Source of the DNA: an uncultured bacterium | GTDB lineage: Bacteria; Zixibacteria; MSB-5A5; UBA10806 | Reading direction: 5' to 3' | Assembly: GCA_965541585.1 (NCBI GenBank) | Contig: CBEUCH010000013.1 | Coordinates: 48,692 to 112,691 of the forward strand | Length of the DNA: 64,000 nt | Shown: piece after piece, positions 47,628-58,800 of the stretch | Layout: each line of letters starts with the position of its first letter | Numbering within the stretch: the stretch's first letter is position 1 | The notes under the pieces: generated by a model | The model's database searches: none | The model's input: the letters and a program-made list of their open reading frames with translations, nothing else | Told to the model about the DNA's origin: nothing | Made by a program: the position numbers and the translations under genes

Positions 47628-50258
47628 ATGCTCAAGTTTTCGGTCTCGATTTTCACAATAGTCCTTGCGATATTTTCGTGGAATTCTCCGAGGGCCTCCG
47701 ATCTATCAAACGGCCATAAGATTATCATAAAACTGAACATCAGTCCATCCGAATCGTATGGCTCGTCGGTATCTCATGATCTCGAGCCCGGGGTGGGCCT
47801 GGCGCTTTCGGGCGGCGGGTCGCGGGGTCTGGCTCATATCGGCGTGCTGAAGGTCCTGAAGAGGGAAAATATAAACGTAGCATTTATCGCCGGTGTCTCC
47901 ATGGGAGGGATTATCGGCGGGCTTCATTCATCGGGTTATTCTCCGGCCGAGATTGAGAGCATTGCACTGGATGTTCGATGGAAAGAGCTTTTCTCTCAGA
48001 GCCCCTCGCGCAGCAGTTTGCTGGCGACACAGAAAGATCGTTCGGAGAAGAGTCTGGTAAAAATACGGTTCGACAACTGGCGTCCGGTTCTGCCCAGGGC
48101 GATTACATCCGGGCAAAACTTAAATCAATTTCTTGAGACTCTTACTGCGCGGGCTGGCATCCGCTCATCGATCAGTTTCGATTTTTTGGATCCTCGGCTT
48201 AGAATAATATGTACTGATCTTTCGACAGGGGAAAAAGTAATCATCTCCTCGGGCAATCTGGCGGAGGCCATGAGGGCCTCGATGGCGGTGCCGGTGGCCT
48301 TGACGCCGGTCGATATCGAGGGAAAGCTTCTCGTGGACGGCGGATTGGTCGATCCCGTTCCGGTGGATGTCGTTATCGAAAATATCAGCTATCCGGTGAT
48401 AGCTGTCAACACGTCATCGGGCCTGCTGCCGGCGTCGAGGATTGTAGATGTCATTGATATCGCCGACCAGACGACGACAATAATGTCTATGCATAGAAAA
48501 ATGGAATCCCTGGAGAGGGCCGACCTTGTTATCACCCCCGATATGGATGGCAGGCTCTCAACTGATTTTTCGGATATACAATCGTTGATTAAAGCAGGCG
48601 AAAAAGCGGTAGAGGAGGCTCTCCCGGAAATCAGGCGACTGTTTTCAGAGACGAATTCCTCTTCTCAGGATAGCCTTGAATACGAAATTACCGGATGGGG
48701 AATTGAGGGCCTGAGTTATATGCCGAAGACATTTTTCAAAGCGGTCTTCAAACATTCCAGCCGAGCCAGCCGCCGGGAGATAGAATCGAACCTGAGGAGA
48801 GCCGGTGAATCGGGTTATATCTCTGATGCCCGGGCGGAATTGATCCCGGTTGATTCAGGATATTACATAGAATATCATCTGGTTGATAACCCTCGAATAC
48901 GAAAGATCGTTTTTGAAGGAGCAACCCTGTTCCCGGAGGATAATCTTGCCGATCTTATCCAGAGCAGGGAGGGCATGATGCTGAACTATGCCATGCTCTC
49001 CTCTGACAGGAAAAGTCTGGAAGAGTTCTACATCGGGTCGGGATACAGTCTTGTGCGGGTCAATACGACATTCGATTCCGGTAGCCGGAGATTGGTTTTC
49101 AAAATCGATGAGGGCCGAATCAACAGTGTCGTTCTCGAGGGAAATGAGCGAACAAAAGCCTGGGTGGTGACGAGACATGTGCCGTTTAATCCCAGTGATG
49201 TTTTCGAACAGTGGAAAGCTGAGAGAGGTGTCGAAGATCTATACGGCACCGATCTTTTTGAAACTGTCAGGTTTCTTGCAGTGCCTGACACGGTAGGCAT
49301 TACCCTGAAAGTTCTGGTCACGGAGAAACCATACAAAATTCTTCGATCGGGAGCGAGGTTCGATCTTGAATATGGTTCAAGAGCTTTTGCGGATATCGTC
49401 GATGACAACCTGTTTGGCGCCGGGCTTGAGCTATATCTATCCACAACTGTAGGAGAGAAACGGAGATCCGTATCTCTGGACTTCGAGACCGACAGGATCT
49501 GGAACTCACTCTATACATATAAACTCTTTTTCGATTACGGCGAATTCAAAAGAAATTATTACTTAGATCATGAGTATCAAGGTTATCTCAGGGAATTCCA
49601 CCACGGCGGTGAGCTTACCCTGGGACGGCAGATTCCCCGGCTGGGAACAATATCGATCGTCGGTCAGATTCGCAGATATAGATGGGATGAATTCGACAGG
49701 GCTGACAGACAGCAGTTCGATAAGGGGAGTATAGGCTTTCGATCCGTCGTAGATACCAGAGATGAACTCGATTTTCCAGAATCGGGGAAATTCCATCTTT
49801 TCGAACTTGAATTCGCGGGGGAGCTATCCGGTGATAAAGTGGCCTACACAAGATTCTTTACCTCATTTGAATCCTACTACGGGCTGAACAGCCGGCTGAA
49901 TTTTCATCCGAAACTCTCTTTGGGTGCCTCCAGCAATTTTATGCCGTTTTTTGATCAGTTCACTCTCGGCGGACAAAATAATTTTATGGGATTATTCGAG
50001 GACGAAATCGTAGGAGAGAAGCTTTTTTTAGGCGATCTTGAACTTCGCTACCGGGTTCTTGGACCGATATTTCTCAGGGGGCGATACAATATGGGCAATA
50101 TCTGGGGCAGGATCGAGAGCATCAGGCTATCTGAGATGCGGTATTCAGGCGGAATCGGGATAGCCGTCAAGACCTTTATCGGACCGATATCAAGCTGGTA
50201 TGGACGGACCGACCAGGGGCTGGATGCATTCTATTTGTCCGTAGGACACAATTGGTGA
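47628..50258 (+). CDS. Patatin + POTRA + Omp85 barrel (PlpD-like, type Vd)
   Basis: LSGGGSRGLAHIG, GVSMG, VDGG. POTRA-like segments (I.EG.I....GNERT). Beta-barrel ending in SVGHNW. Confidence 0.9.
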   Translation: MLKFSVSIFTIVLAIFSWNSPRASDLSNGHKIIIKLNISPSESYGSSVSHDLEPGVGLALSGGGSRGLAHIGVLKVLKRENINVAFIAGVSMGGIIGGLHSSGYSPAEIESIALDVRWKELFSQSPSRSSLLATQKDRSEKSLVKIRFDNWRPVLPRAITSGQNLNQFLETLTARAGIRSSISFDFLDPRLRIICTDLSTGEKVIISSGNLAEAMRASMAVPVALTPVDIEGKLLVDGGLVDPVPVDVVIENISYPVIAVNTSSGLLPASRIVDVIDIADQTTTIMSMHRKMESLERADLVITPDMDGRLSTDFSDIQSLIKAGEKAVEEALPEIRRLFSETNSSSQDSLEYEITGWGIEGLSYMPKTFFKAVFKHSSRASRREIESNLRRAGESGYISDARAELIPVDSGYYIEYHLVDNPRIRKIVFEGATLFPEDNLADLIQSREGMMLNYAMLSSDRKSLEEFYIGSGYSLVRVNTTFDSGSRRLVFKIDEGRINSVVLEGNERTKAWVVTRHVPFNPSDVFEQWKAERGVEDLYGTDLFETVRFLAVPDTVGITLKVLVTEKPYKILRSGARFDLEYGSRAFADIVDDNLFGAGLELYLSTTVGEKRRSVSLDFETDRIWNSLYTYKLFFDYGEFKRNYYLDHEYQGYLREFHHGGELTLGRQIPRLGTISIVGQIRRYRWDEFDRADRQQFDKGSIGFRSVVDTRDELDFPESGKFHLFELEFAGELSGDKVAYTRFFTSFESYYGLNSRLNFHPKLSLGASSNFMPFFDQFTLGGQNNFMGLFEDEIVGEKLFLGDLELRYRVLGPIFLRGRYNMGNIWGRIESIRLSEMRYSGGIGIAVKTFIGPISSWYGRTDQGLDAFYLSVGHNW

Positions 50259-50279
50259 TATTGGGCCGGGGCGTTCGAT

Positions 50280-50708
50280 TTATTTCCAGATCGATTTAAG
50301 AAAATCTTCGAGTATACCGTTCGTGACAAACGTATCCAGGGCTTCCTCCGTGGCCTTTCTATCCATACCCCAGATCGAGATTTTCGGGTCGGCGAAATCC
50401 TTATCGAGCTGAATAAAGTATCTATTCTCCTGCGAGAGATAAACGGGTAGTTTTTCGACGAATTCTGCGGCCACCGAGTTAACTCCAGGCCCGCCGATAG
50501 CCACTGTTGGGCACACCTGAATAATCTTGTCATGCTTGTATAAAGCGTCCGTGATAACCAGGCATTTCCTGAATGGATGATTCCCGAAATAGGAGGAGGA
50601 TTCGAAGGCTTCTTTAAGCTTATAGGCCAGGGGCCTGTCGATCTCTTCAGGTTTTATATCTATTCCCACGATGATGAGAATAGTCTGGTTGACATCGATC
50701 TCCTGCAC
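50280..50708 (-). CDS. Hypothetical protein (alpha/beta, AIGGPGVN motif)
   Basis: 142-aa ORF with globular composition filling the gap between genes. Confidence 0.7.
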   Translation of the reverse strand: MQEIDVNQTILIIVGIDIKPEEIDRPLAYKLKEAFESSSYFGNHPFRKCLVITDALYKHDKIIQVCPTVAIGGPGVNSVAAEFVEKLPVYLSQENRYFIQLDKDFADPKISIWGMDRKATEEALDTFVTNGILEDFLKSIWK

Positions 50709-50915
50709 GAAATACAGATATATCGAGTCATCGTGGCTGTCAATTATTTTTGCGCGGACCTGCGGCTGGATTTGTAAAAAAGGGGGGCTTCAGGCACTGG
50801 CAAGGTTCCGTAATTCAGGGGTAACGGAGCTCGGGCTAAGATCTAAGTTTATGCCAGTTAGCAGGTTGACGGTTTGCTGCCCGAGGGTATTCTCTGCAGC
50901 TCCGGGATGCGCTAT

Positions 50916-53666
50916 TTAAAGGTCTCTGAATCTGTTAAAAAGGCTCCTGGCACCCATATCCTCGGGGTGCCTTCTGTTCCAATCTATCATCAAAGCTCTG
51001 GCCTCTTCATCCAGCAATTCTGATTTCGTCCTGGCCTCTTCAGAGCCCGTAAAAGCTGCCTCGGCGCCAGCCTGTTGCTGCATCTGAATGGTCAGGTCGC
51101 GCAAGAGCCTGAAGGCGATAGCGTTATTCGGCTGGAGGTCATAGGCAATCTTGTAATGAACAAGGGCGGAATCGGGTATACCGTTGTTATAATAGAAAAC
51201 CCCCAGAAACTGGTGGTAGAGAATGACGCCCGGCCTGGCGTCTGCCGCTTCTTTAAGCTTTGATAGCCCCAGCGTCTTTACCGAATCGATCATGGCTGAA
51301 TCACCGAGCTCCGCATAGGCCTGCTGTAAACTGATATAGATCTGATGATAATAAGGAACTCTCTCAACAGCCTCCCACAAGACTTCGATGGCCCTGGTGG
51401 TGTCTCCATCGGCCTTGTAGGCATTGGAAAGCTCGCAGAACCTTTCGGGAAAGGTGGTCGTTAAGCCGACATTGTTGTTATCCTTATAAGCATCGAGATT
51501 ATTCATTCCCCGGTAGCGGTAAACGCCGGTGATGAGGGAATCGGAAACAGGAATATTGTATCGTGGTTTGGTGGTATCGGGATCGACTTTCAATACAATG
51601 CCATGACGGATGAGACGTTCGGTGAGCGTCCATCGGTTTGAGACCGGCACCGAACCGGAGAAGTAAATCGGCTTATCCAGGTTGGCTATGATCAATTGCT
51701 CGATCATCTGGTCCTGGACCCTCATGAATCTACCTGTGCGAGGGTCCTGGGTTGGCGAGAGATATCTCATTTGCTTACGAATGCTGTCGTAGAATCTCTC
51801 GGCAGGCCGATAATAAATTATCGATCCGCGTCTGTCGGCCGGTATCCATCTGATCTGGTCATCCTCGAGGAACATATTCAGATCCATGCCGCCTTCTTCC
51901 CTTGGCCTTTTTAGCTGCAGGATGTACCAATCGGTGTTCAGAAGGCTCAGGTTGACAACTCTGATATCCTTGCGGACCTGGTCCACCTCTTGAATATACC
52001 AGAGGGGAAATGTATCATTATCACCGTTCGTAAACAGGATCGCATCGGGTTCGCAGGATTGCAGAATATTGAAGGCATAATCAATAGGCACAAAATCCCT
52101 GTGCCGATCGTGGGTTTTGAAATGAGCCGATACCTGGTTCATTGGCAAAAACAGGAAGAAGATCCCCGCTGCCGAAAACAGGGCATATCTCATGAGACCA
52201 CTCCATGCACGATTGCCGAATTTCAGCCCGGAACCGATCATATACATCAGTGATGAAATCCCTGTTCCGATGATAATGGCGAAGACCACGAATGCGGGGG
52301 TAAAGAAATAGTCTCGTTCCCTGACCTCAAGCTGTATCAACGATCCAGGACTACTTGGATCGGGCCTGGTACCGTCAGAGAAATTCATATACAAGACCAG
52401 CATCACCGAACCTAATAAAAATATTATCAAAAGCAGGACGGATGGATGGAAAGTAAATCTCTTCAGGGCATAATAGATACCGCCGGCCGATCCCAGGATT
52501 CCTATGGCGAACAGAAGGTATCGTAGCAAACCGGCTGCCCAGTTCGAAGCATACTGATCCCAGAAATATCCTCCGAATCCCATATTCTCATGCCGTCCAA
52601 ACTGGTTTGATAGTTTCCCCCGACGGTAAAACATACGGCTTATCATCGATTCCTGGCCGTATTGTTTGCGCTCCAGAAATGATATAAATCTATCGGGCGA
52701 AGATGGATCGTTTTCGTTGATGGCAGGATTCTGAACCGCCCGAATCGGTATATAGATATGGTTTGAATAACCGATGATGGACACCAGGAACAGGGCGAAA
52801 GCCAGACCGTAATTTGCCCGTCCTCTTATGGCATGAGATGATCTATACCGATAGGCCAGCATACCTGTTACCACAACACCCAATATCATCAGGGCCACCC
52901 AGATGATGTAAGATTTCTCCTGCACCCAGGGGATTATCAATCCGATTATGAAATATGAAGGAACGGCGACTGAAAATAGTATGGCCCAGGTGATCCAGTA
53001 CACAGGATCTCTTAGTTTCTTTCTATCCTTCAAGGCGAAAAAGATAACAAAAGCCGGAACCACCAGAAATCCGGTCAGGTGGATTCCGATGCTCAAGAAC
53101 AATATGTATGTTATGAAGATAATGAGCCTGTCCGATCCGCCATTCTCTTTTTCGTCGGCCCATTTAATCGCCAGGTAGATGCTCAGAACCATGACAAGCA
53201 TAGCCAGGCCGTAAACTTCGGTTTCCACGGCATTGAACCAGAAGGTGCTGGAGAACGCCAGTATCAGTGACGAGGAGAAGGCGCCTATCCTGATTCCGAT
53301 CTGTCCCAGGAGGGGTGGGCCATGTTGGCCGAAAGGAAGCCGACGGGAGACTCGCACCACCAGAAGATAAGCGACGAATGCCGTGATGGCGGACGATGCC
53401 ACGGAGATGATGTTAGTTCTCTGGGCAATATTATCGAAAGGGGCCAGGAGGATGAACAACTTTCCCAGGATTACAAAGAATGGCGTACCGGGTGGGTGCG
53501 GGTTGCCGAGGATATTAGCTGCGGCGATGAATTCTCCACAATCCCAGAAAGAGAGAGTGGCTGCCATTGTCTTGAAGAAGACGACAAACGGAATAATCAA
53601 GCTAAGAGCGCCGAATAGAATCGATGTGATTCTAACAACTCTGTTATTCTTGTCAAACCCGGAAAT
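50916..53666 (-). CDS. DUF2723 / TMEM260-like GT-C membrane glycosyltransferase with TPR tail
   Basis: SFWDCGEFI, HPPGTPFF, AVETEVY, EVRERDYFF, FTNGDNDTFPLWY, NLSLLNTDWY. Start placed at ATT 53666; the ORF track uses TTG 53600. Confidence 0.88.
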   Translation of the reverse strand: MSGFDKNNRVVRITSILFGALSLIIPFVVFFKTMAATLSFWDCGEFIAAANILGNPHPPGTPFFVILGKLFILLAPFDNIAQRTNIISVASSAITAFVAYLLVVRVSRRLPFGQHGPPLLGQIGIRIGAFSSSLILAFSSTFWFNAVETEVYGLAMLVMVLSIYLAIKWADEKENGGSDRLIIFITYILFLSIGIHLTGFLVVPAFVIFFALKDRKKLRDPVYWITWAILFSVAVPSYFIIGLIIPWVQEKSYIIWVALMILGVVVTGMLAYRYRSSHAIRGRANYGLAFALFLVSIIGYSNHIYIPIRAVQNPAINENDPSSPDRFISFLERKQYGQESMISRMFYRRGKLSNQFGRHENMGFGGYFWDQYASNWAAGLLRYLLFAIGILGSAGGIYYALKRFTFHPSVLLLIIFLLGSVMLVLYMNFSDGTRPDPSSPGSLIQLEVRERDYFFTPAFVVFAIIIGTGISSLMYMIGSGLKFGNRAWSGLMRYALFSAAGIFFLFLPMNQVSAHFKTHDRHRDFVPIDYAFNILQSCEPDAILFTNGDNDTFPLWYIQEVDQVRKDIRVVNLSLLNTDWYILQLKRPREEGGMDLNMFLEDDQIRWIPADRRGSIIYYRPAERFYDSIRKQMRYLSPTQDPRTGRFMRVQDQMIEQLIIANLDKPIYFSGSVPVSNRWTLTERLIRHGIVLKVDPDTTKPRYNIPVSDSLITGVYRYRGMNNLDAYKDNNNVGLTTTFPERFCELSNAYKADGDTTRAIEVLWEAVERVPYYHQIYISLQQAYAELGDSAMIDSVKTLGLSKLKEAADARPGVILYHQFLGVFYYNNGIPDSALVHYKIAYDLQPNNAIAFRLLRDLTIQMQQQAGAEAAFTGSEEARTKSELLDEEARALMIDWNRRHPEDMGARSLFNRFRDL

Positions 53667-53799
53667 GTCGCACCTCCTTACCCTGATTCACAGCCTGACA
53701 AAATAGCGGCTCCCGCCCATTTTGTCAAATTGTAAAAGCCGATCAAGTGATTGAAAATTCTGTCGATACCAGAATGGAGAAAGTAAAACACAAGGAGGC

Positions 53800-54066
53800 A
53801 TGATGTTAGCATGGTGTGCTATCCTGTTCGTTCTGGGGATTCTCGCTTTCATGGATACCATCTTCAGCTATGGGGAGATTTTCCGTAAAGTCAATTCTGT
53901 TGTTTTCATGCTCATATCCCTGGGGCTTCTGGTCAGAACCAGTATGAAGATGAGGTTGAAAAGAGTCGAGGGGCTTATTTCCCGGGTCGCTGAACTCGAG
54001 GAACATGTAGCTCAACTCTCTGGATCCTCAGCTTCATCTGTCACAGAAAAAGAAGAAGTTTATTAA
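53800..54066 (+). CDS. Small 2-TM protein with coiled-coil tail
   Basis: SD AAGGAGG, two hydrophobic helices, RVAELEE. Confidence 0.7.
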   Translation: MMLAWCAILFVLGILAFMDTIFSYGEIFRKVNSVVFMLISLGLLVRTSMKMRLKRVEGLISRVAELEEHVAQLSGSSASSVTEKEEVY

Positions 54067-55899
54067 TCACCCTATCTCACCGAGAGATTCCAGCCGTTTC
54101 AAGCGTTCTCTGGCCGGTTCGGTAACCGGCCCCTGCGGGAATGACTCTAATATTTTATTATACGCAGATCTCGACAGGGAGAGCGTTTCGATATTCTCTG
54201 AGTATAAATCCCCCAGATTGAAATAGGCGCGATCCGCGTAGAAACCATCAGGATATCTATCGATATAACGTTTGAAGCTCTCTACCGCCAGATGCTTTTG
54301 GCCCGCTTCGGAGTAGACTACGGCGGCATGAAATTCAGCCTGCTCTCCTATTGATGAAACATAGAATACGGTGTCAGAAAAGATCTCTGCCGCCTGCAGC
54401 AGACGTCCCATAGCCTGCGCCTTCGCTCCGGCGGCGAACCTGTCAAGATACCTGCTGTAATCGTCACCGGTGTTTTCGGCGTTTATGACGATCAGTCTTT
54501 CAATTGCATTATTAGCAAAATCACCTCGCGGGTATTGACTTGCCAGTCTCCTGTATGTCTTTATTGCCCTGACATAGTCGCCCTTGAAAAAGGCCAATTC
54601 GCCGAGCAGGTACAGGGCTCTTTCAGATTTTTTGTCCGGATTTCGGTCAGTCGTTACCAGCGTAATCAAGCTCTCAGCGAATTCCGGTTTTTCCATCCTG
54701 ATAAGACAGAGAGCCATCTCCACCCTGACATCGTCTCTTATATCCGGGGTACTCAGGCGATGAATTATATTATTCCAATTAGCTACAGCCTTCCGGCAAT
54801 CACCCATATCGTCTGCAAAAATCGCCCCCACAAGATATCCGGATCTGTCTCTGATCTGAGGGTTTGCGGCATTCATGGAGAGGGAAGCCAGTGTATTCAG
54901 GGCTTCGTCAATCAGTCCGGCGGCTCGCTGGGCTTTGCCCTTCAGAAACAGGGCAGGTTCCTTGAATGCCGCTTTCCTGGAAATCCGGAAATATTCTTCA
55001 ACAGCGGTGATGGTGGTAGTATGCGCCCGGGAGTCATAGCATCGTTCCGCGAAACGATAAAGAGATGTGCCGTCGTCCTTCAGGGTCCTGCCGAGAGTTC
55101 TATAGGCCTCCAGAGCTTTATTCATCTCGCCATTTTGAATATAGAGATCACCCAGTATTTGATAAATACTCTGGGATTGAGAGAATTCATTGATCCTGCT
55201 GCGTACGGCCGTGATTATTTCATCAGGATTGTCGGTATCCTTTAATAATCCCCGGATCTTTGTGGATATCACTCCGAGCTGCCTGGGCTTGCTATCAAGC
55301 TCCACTAAGTATTCGTGGACAGCTCTGGAGTATTCCCTTTTTGACTCGTAGATGCCTGCCAGCTGTGATGCGAATGCGGAGGGAATCCCCAGGTTGAGCC
55401 GCCCGCGGATGAATGCTGCCGCCGCACCATCGTAATCGCCGAAACGAAGCTTGTAGTTGGCGATATAGATATAAACCGATTTGTTCTTTCCCCCTCTATC
55501 GAGCGCCAGATTCCAGAGGGAATCTGCCGTTCGGCGATCATCCAGCAGAAATTTTACATTCGCCAGTTCTGCAATCAGCAGTGGACTATCCGGGCTGTCT
55601 GCAAGTTGTCCATAAATCAATTTCTCGAGCTCATGATACATCTTTGCCTCGGAATAGAGGATCTTATATAACGAAAATATCCGTTGATTTTCACCATACG
55701 TTTTTTCGATGTGGGACAGAAAAGACAGGGCTCTTTCAAAATCGCCGATTCTGATGAGACTATTGGCGGTATTCAGATCCTCGCTCAGTCGATTCTCCAG
55801 GAGCTCATGGGGAGTCTGTCCGCGCACCGTAGACGAGGCCATGAGGATCAAAGCAATGATGAATAGTCCTGGAATAGACCGGAGCCGATTACTTTTCAA
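54067..55899 (-). CDS. Secreted tetratricopeptide repeat protein
   Basis: Signal peptide and TPR motifs (ALYLLGELAFFKGDY..A...Y..L...YP). Overlaps the upstream DUF4175 gene. Confidence 0.85.
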   Translation of the reverse strand: MKSNRLRSIPGLFIIALILMASSTVRGQTPHELLENRLSEDLNTANSLIRIGDFERALSFLSHIEKTYGENQRIFSLYKILYSEAKMYHELEKLIYGQLADSPDSPLLIAELANVKFLLDDRRTADSLWNLALDRGGKNKSVYIYIANYKLRFGDYDGAAAAFIRGRLNLGIPSAFASQLAGIYESKREYSRAVHEYLVELDSKPRQLGVISTKIRGLLKDTDNPDEIITAVRSRINEFSQSQSIYQILGDLYIQNGEMNKALEAYRTLGRTLKDDGTSLYRFAERCYDSRAHTTTITAVEEYFRISRKAAFKEPALFLKGKAQRAAGLIDEALNTLASLSMNAANPQIRDRSGYLVGAIFADDMGDCRKAVANWNNIIHRLSTPDIRDDVRVEMALCLIRMEKPEFAESLITLVTTDRNPDKKSERALYLLGELAFFKGDYVRAIKTYRRLASQYPRGDFANNAIERLIVINAENTGDDYSRYLDRFAAGAKAQAMGRLLQAAEIFSDTVFYVSSIGEQAEFHAAVVYSEAGQKHLAVESFKRYIDRYPDGFYADRAYFNLGDLYSENIETLSLSRSAYNKILESFPQGPVTEPARERLKRLESLGEIG

Positions 55900-58800
55900 G
55901 AGCAGTTCCCTCGTTTTGAAGTGATCTGAAATAGGCCTTGATCAATTTTTCATATTTCCGGGGATACCCTTCCTGTAAGGCTCGTTCTATGATATTGGAT
56001 AGCCAGCCGCTTTCGTCTGAGTAATCGTCCGGTAAAACGGGGCTTCTTCTGGCGATATCTATTCCCTGTTCGGCCTTTCTTTTTCTTGAGAATTCGCGGC
56101 GATGGACCGATCTCTGAGCATCCAGGAGTCTGGAGAGAATCCGCTCCTGACGCTCTACGGTTCTGCGGTTGATTTTCGATCTGGTGAGATCCTCGGAGAC
56201 TTTTTTCATCTCCTCGCCAAGGGCGTCCAATCGTCCCAGCATATTGCCGCGTTTCCCGAATTGATCGTTTAATTCTTCAAGCTGTTTTCTCAACGTCTCC
56301 TGTTCCGAGGCCAATTTCCTAAGCGATCGCTGTTGACTCATTGTCATAGGCATGCCCGGTTTCGGCATAAGCATCATACTCTGCTGGTTTATTCCCGCCT
56401 GCTGCCGGGACATCTCGGCCATTTTCTTCATCATCTCTGACATTCCGGAGCCTGAACAGGAATTCATGCAGGCTTGCTGGGCTCGCATCAACATTAAAAC
56501 GACACTGTTCATGTTTGCCATGGCCGACATTTCGCTCCCGATCGCTTTTTCCGCAGATCTGCCGTCGAGATGCTTGGAAGCATCAGAAATATCGCTCAGA
56601 ATCTGACCCATATGCCGTAATATTTCCATATTGACAAATATCGTTTGTTTGGAAAGCTCCGAGACCAGCTCCGCTATCCTGATAGCCGCCGCCTCGATCT
56701 GCGATTCCTGGCCTACGAATCTACGTATATTCACTTCCGAGCCCTCAAAGCCACGGGTAGAATCTAGCAATCCTTCCTGGCGCCGGGATAAGTAAAGCAG
56801 ATCCTCTGAAGCCCTCTGTATTTTCCTGGTTATATCAGCCAGCATCTCCTGCTGCATGGCGTCTCTGGCCTGCCTCAAGGCACTTAACACCTGCTGGAGA
56901 TTCCCGGAGAGTCTTTTCCCTCGCTTCTTGCACATCCCCTTTTTCCCGCTGCATAGCGATTCATTCATACCCTCGAAATCCTCAGGTATCTGAGGGTTAT
57001 TGATCTGTTTTTCAGCGTTGGCCTTTTCGCCCTCGGGAACAAGCTTCGTATCAGCGTCCATTTGCTTTAGTTGCTCGAATTGTTCTTTAAGGGAATCGAA
57101 CTGTCCGGAGTTTTTCTTGCATTCTTGAGATTGATTAGCGAGAGCGGATGAGTCGCCGGCGGCATCGACATTCTCATTCATCTGATTTTGATCTTCCAGG
57201 ATCCGCTCCGCCAGCTCTACCAGCATATCCATTTTTTGCTCTATAGCCAGTTGTTTCATCAACGCAAGCGAGCGGTCGAGATTCTCCAGCAGCTCCTCGG
57301 AGGTCATCTGGAATTCCTCGAGAGCCTGCTTAAGCTCCTCGGGGTCCATATTCTCAAGCGCTTCGCGGAGCTTCCTCATCGCCTCCTTTAGTTCGGGTGT
57401 GGCGATCTCCTCCATGAGCGTCTGAAGCTCCTGCAATTTCTCTACGACCTCCTCTCCGATCAGCCTGTTATACTGCAGATCTTCGAGATTTTCCTGCATC
57501 TCATCGGCCAGATTTTGAAGCCTTTCTGCCAGATCTCGCTGTCTTTCGAGGACGTCTTTGGCCGCCTGCTGTTTTTCCCAGTCGACCTCGCTGGCTTTAA
57601 GCATCTCCCGGGCGATCTCATTTATGGATTCCTGCAATTCCTCCTGATGCTTCATGACCTCTTCCAACTCTATAATCTGATGCTCCTGCGATCCCTGCAC
57701 CTCCGCCAGGATTTCATCGAGGCTGGGCAGACGGGCGAGATAGGTTCGGCTTTTGGCCCATTTGGGCCCGGATATAATGTCATTGTCGCTAACCTCGCAG
57801 TAGTAATAGATAAGATCACCGGGCAAGGGACTGATATTGTTGATATCCCATTGGTAGTGAATCACCTGTTCCGGCGTTTGTGGATCGGAGATCGGAATGC
57901 GCTCCTTGGCCGGCTCGGTTTGACGTCCCTCGGAGAGCATCCACCAGACCAGGTTCAACCTGTCGAAACCGTAATCGTCGCCAATCCAGATCTCCAGAGG
58001 GAGAATCATCCGCTCGCTTAGATCTACATCAACGGCAGGAAACAGAATCTCGATAGAAGGCGGATAATCATCGAGCACCTGTATATCGTACCAGATGGGC
58101 TCAGGGTTACCGCGTCCCGCCAGATCGGCCATCATTATGGTATAGCGGTTATTCTGATTAAGTGTAAAGATACCTGAGATCCGTCGGTCGTCAACTTGCA
58201 GATTCGCTCTTAAGGAATCATCATATAACTGATAGGCATTGGAGAGAGACTTATTGGCGGTGGCTTCGATATGTACAGTGGATCCTTTCAGGGCGGCGAT
58301 ATTACCGTCATTCGGGTCTCCGACGGCATCCGGCAGATTGCTGTAATCCGGGAGGTCTATTCTCAGATTTATATCCACCAGTCTGGGGGGATCGACTATT
58401 TCTATATGGGCCAGGTTGGATTCAATACGCCCGGATTGTGCATATACTTCAATAGACCGCTTGATATTTCTGAAAGTATGGGTGAAGGCCGGCAGACTGT
58501 TGTCATCAGTACGGTACATCGGTTCGGAGGCCCACTCACCACCATCAAATCTGAAATGCATGTCTATTTTTCGAGGCGTTTTACCGTCGGGGATTGCTTC
58601 GATAGTTAAGTCCTTGTTTCTGAAAAACTCTCCACCCGACGGCTCAATTGTGAGCGAGAATTCAGGGGGCCTGATAATATCTGTGCCGGGGTCGGAATAC
58701 AGTTTCCAGGTCTGGCTCACAACCGAGGGATTAAGCAGAAAGCCGATAGCAGCGGCTACTGCAAGGAAACCTGTTTTTGCCGATGCCTTGATCAACGGCT

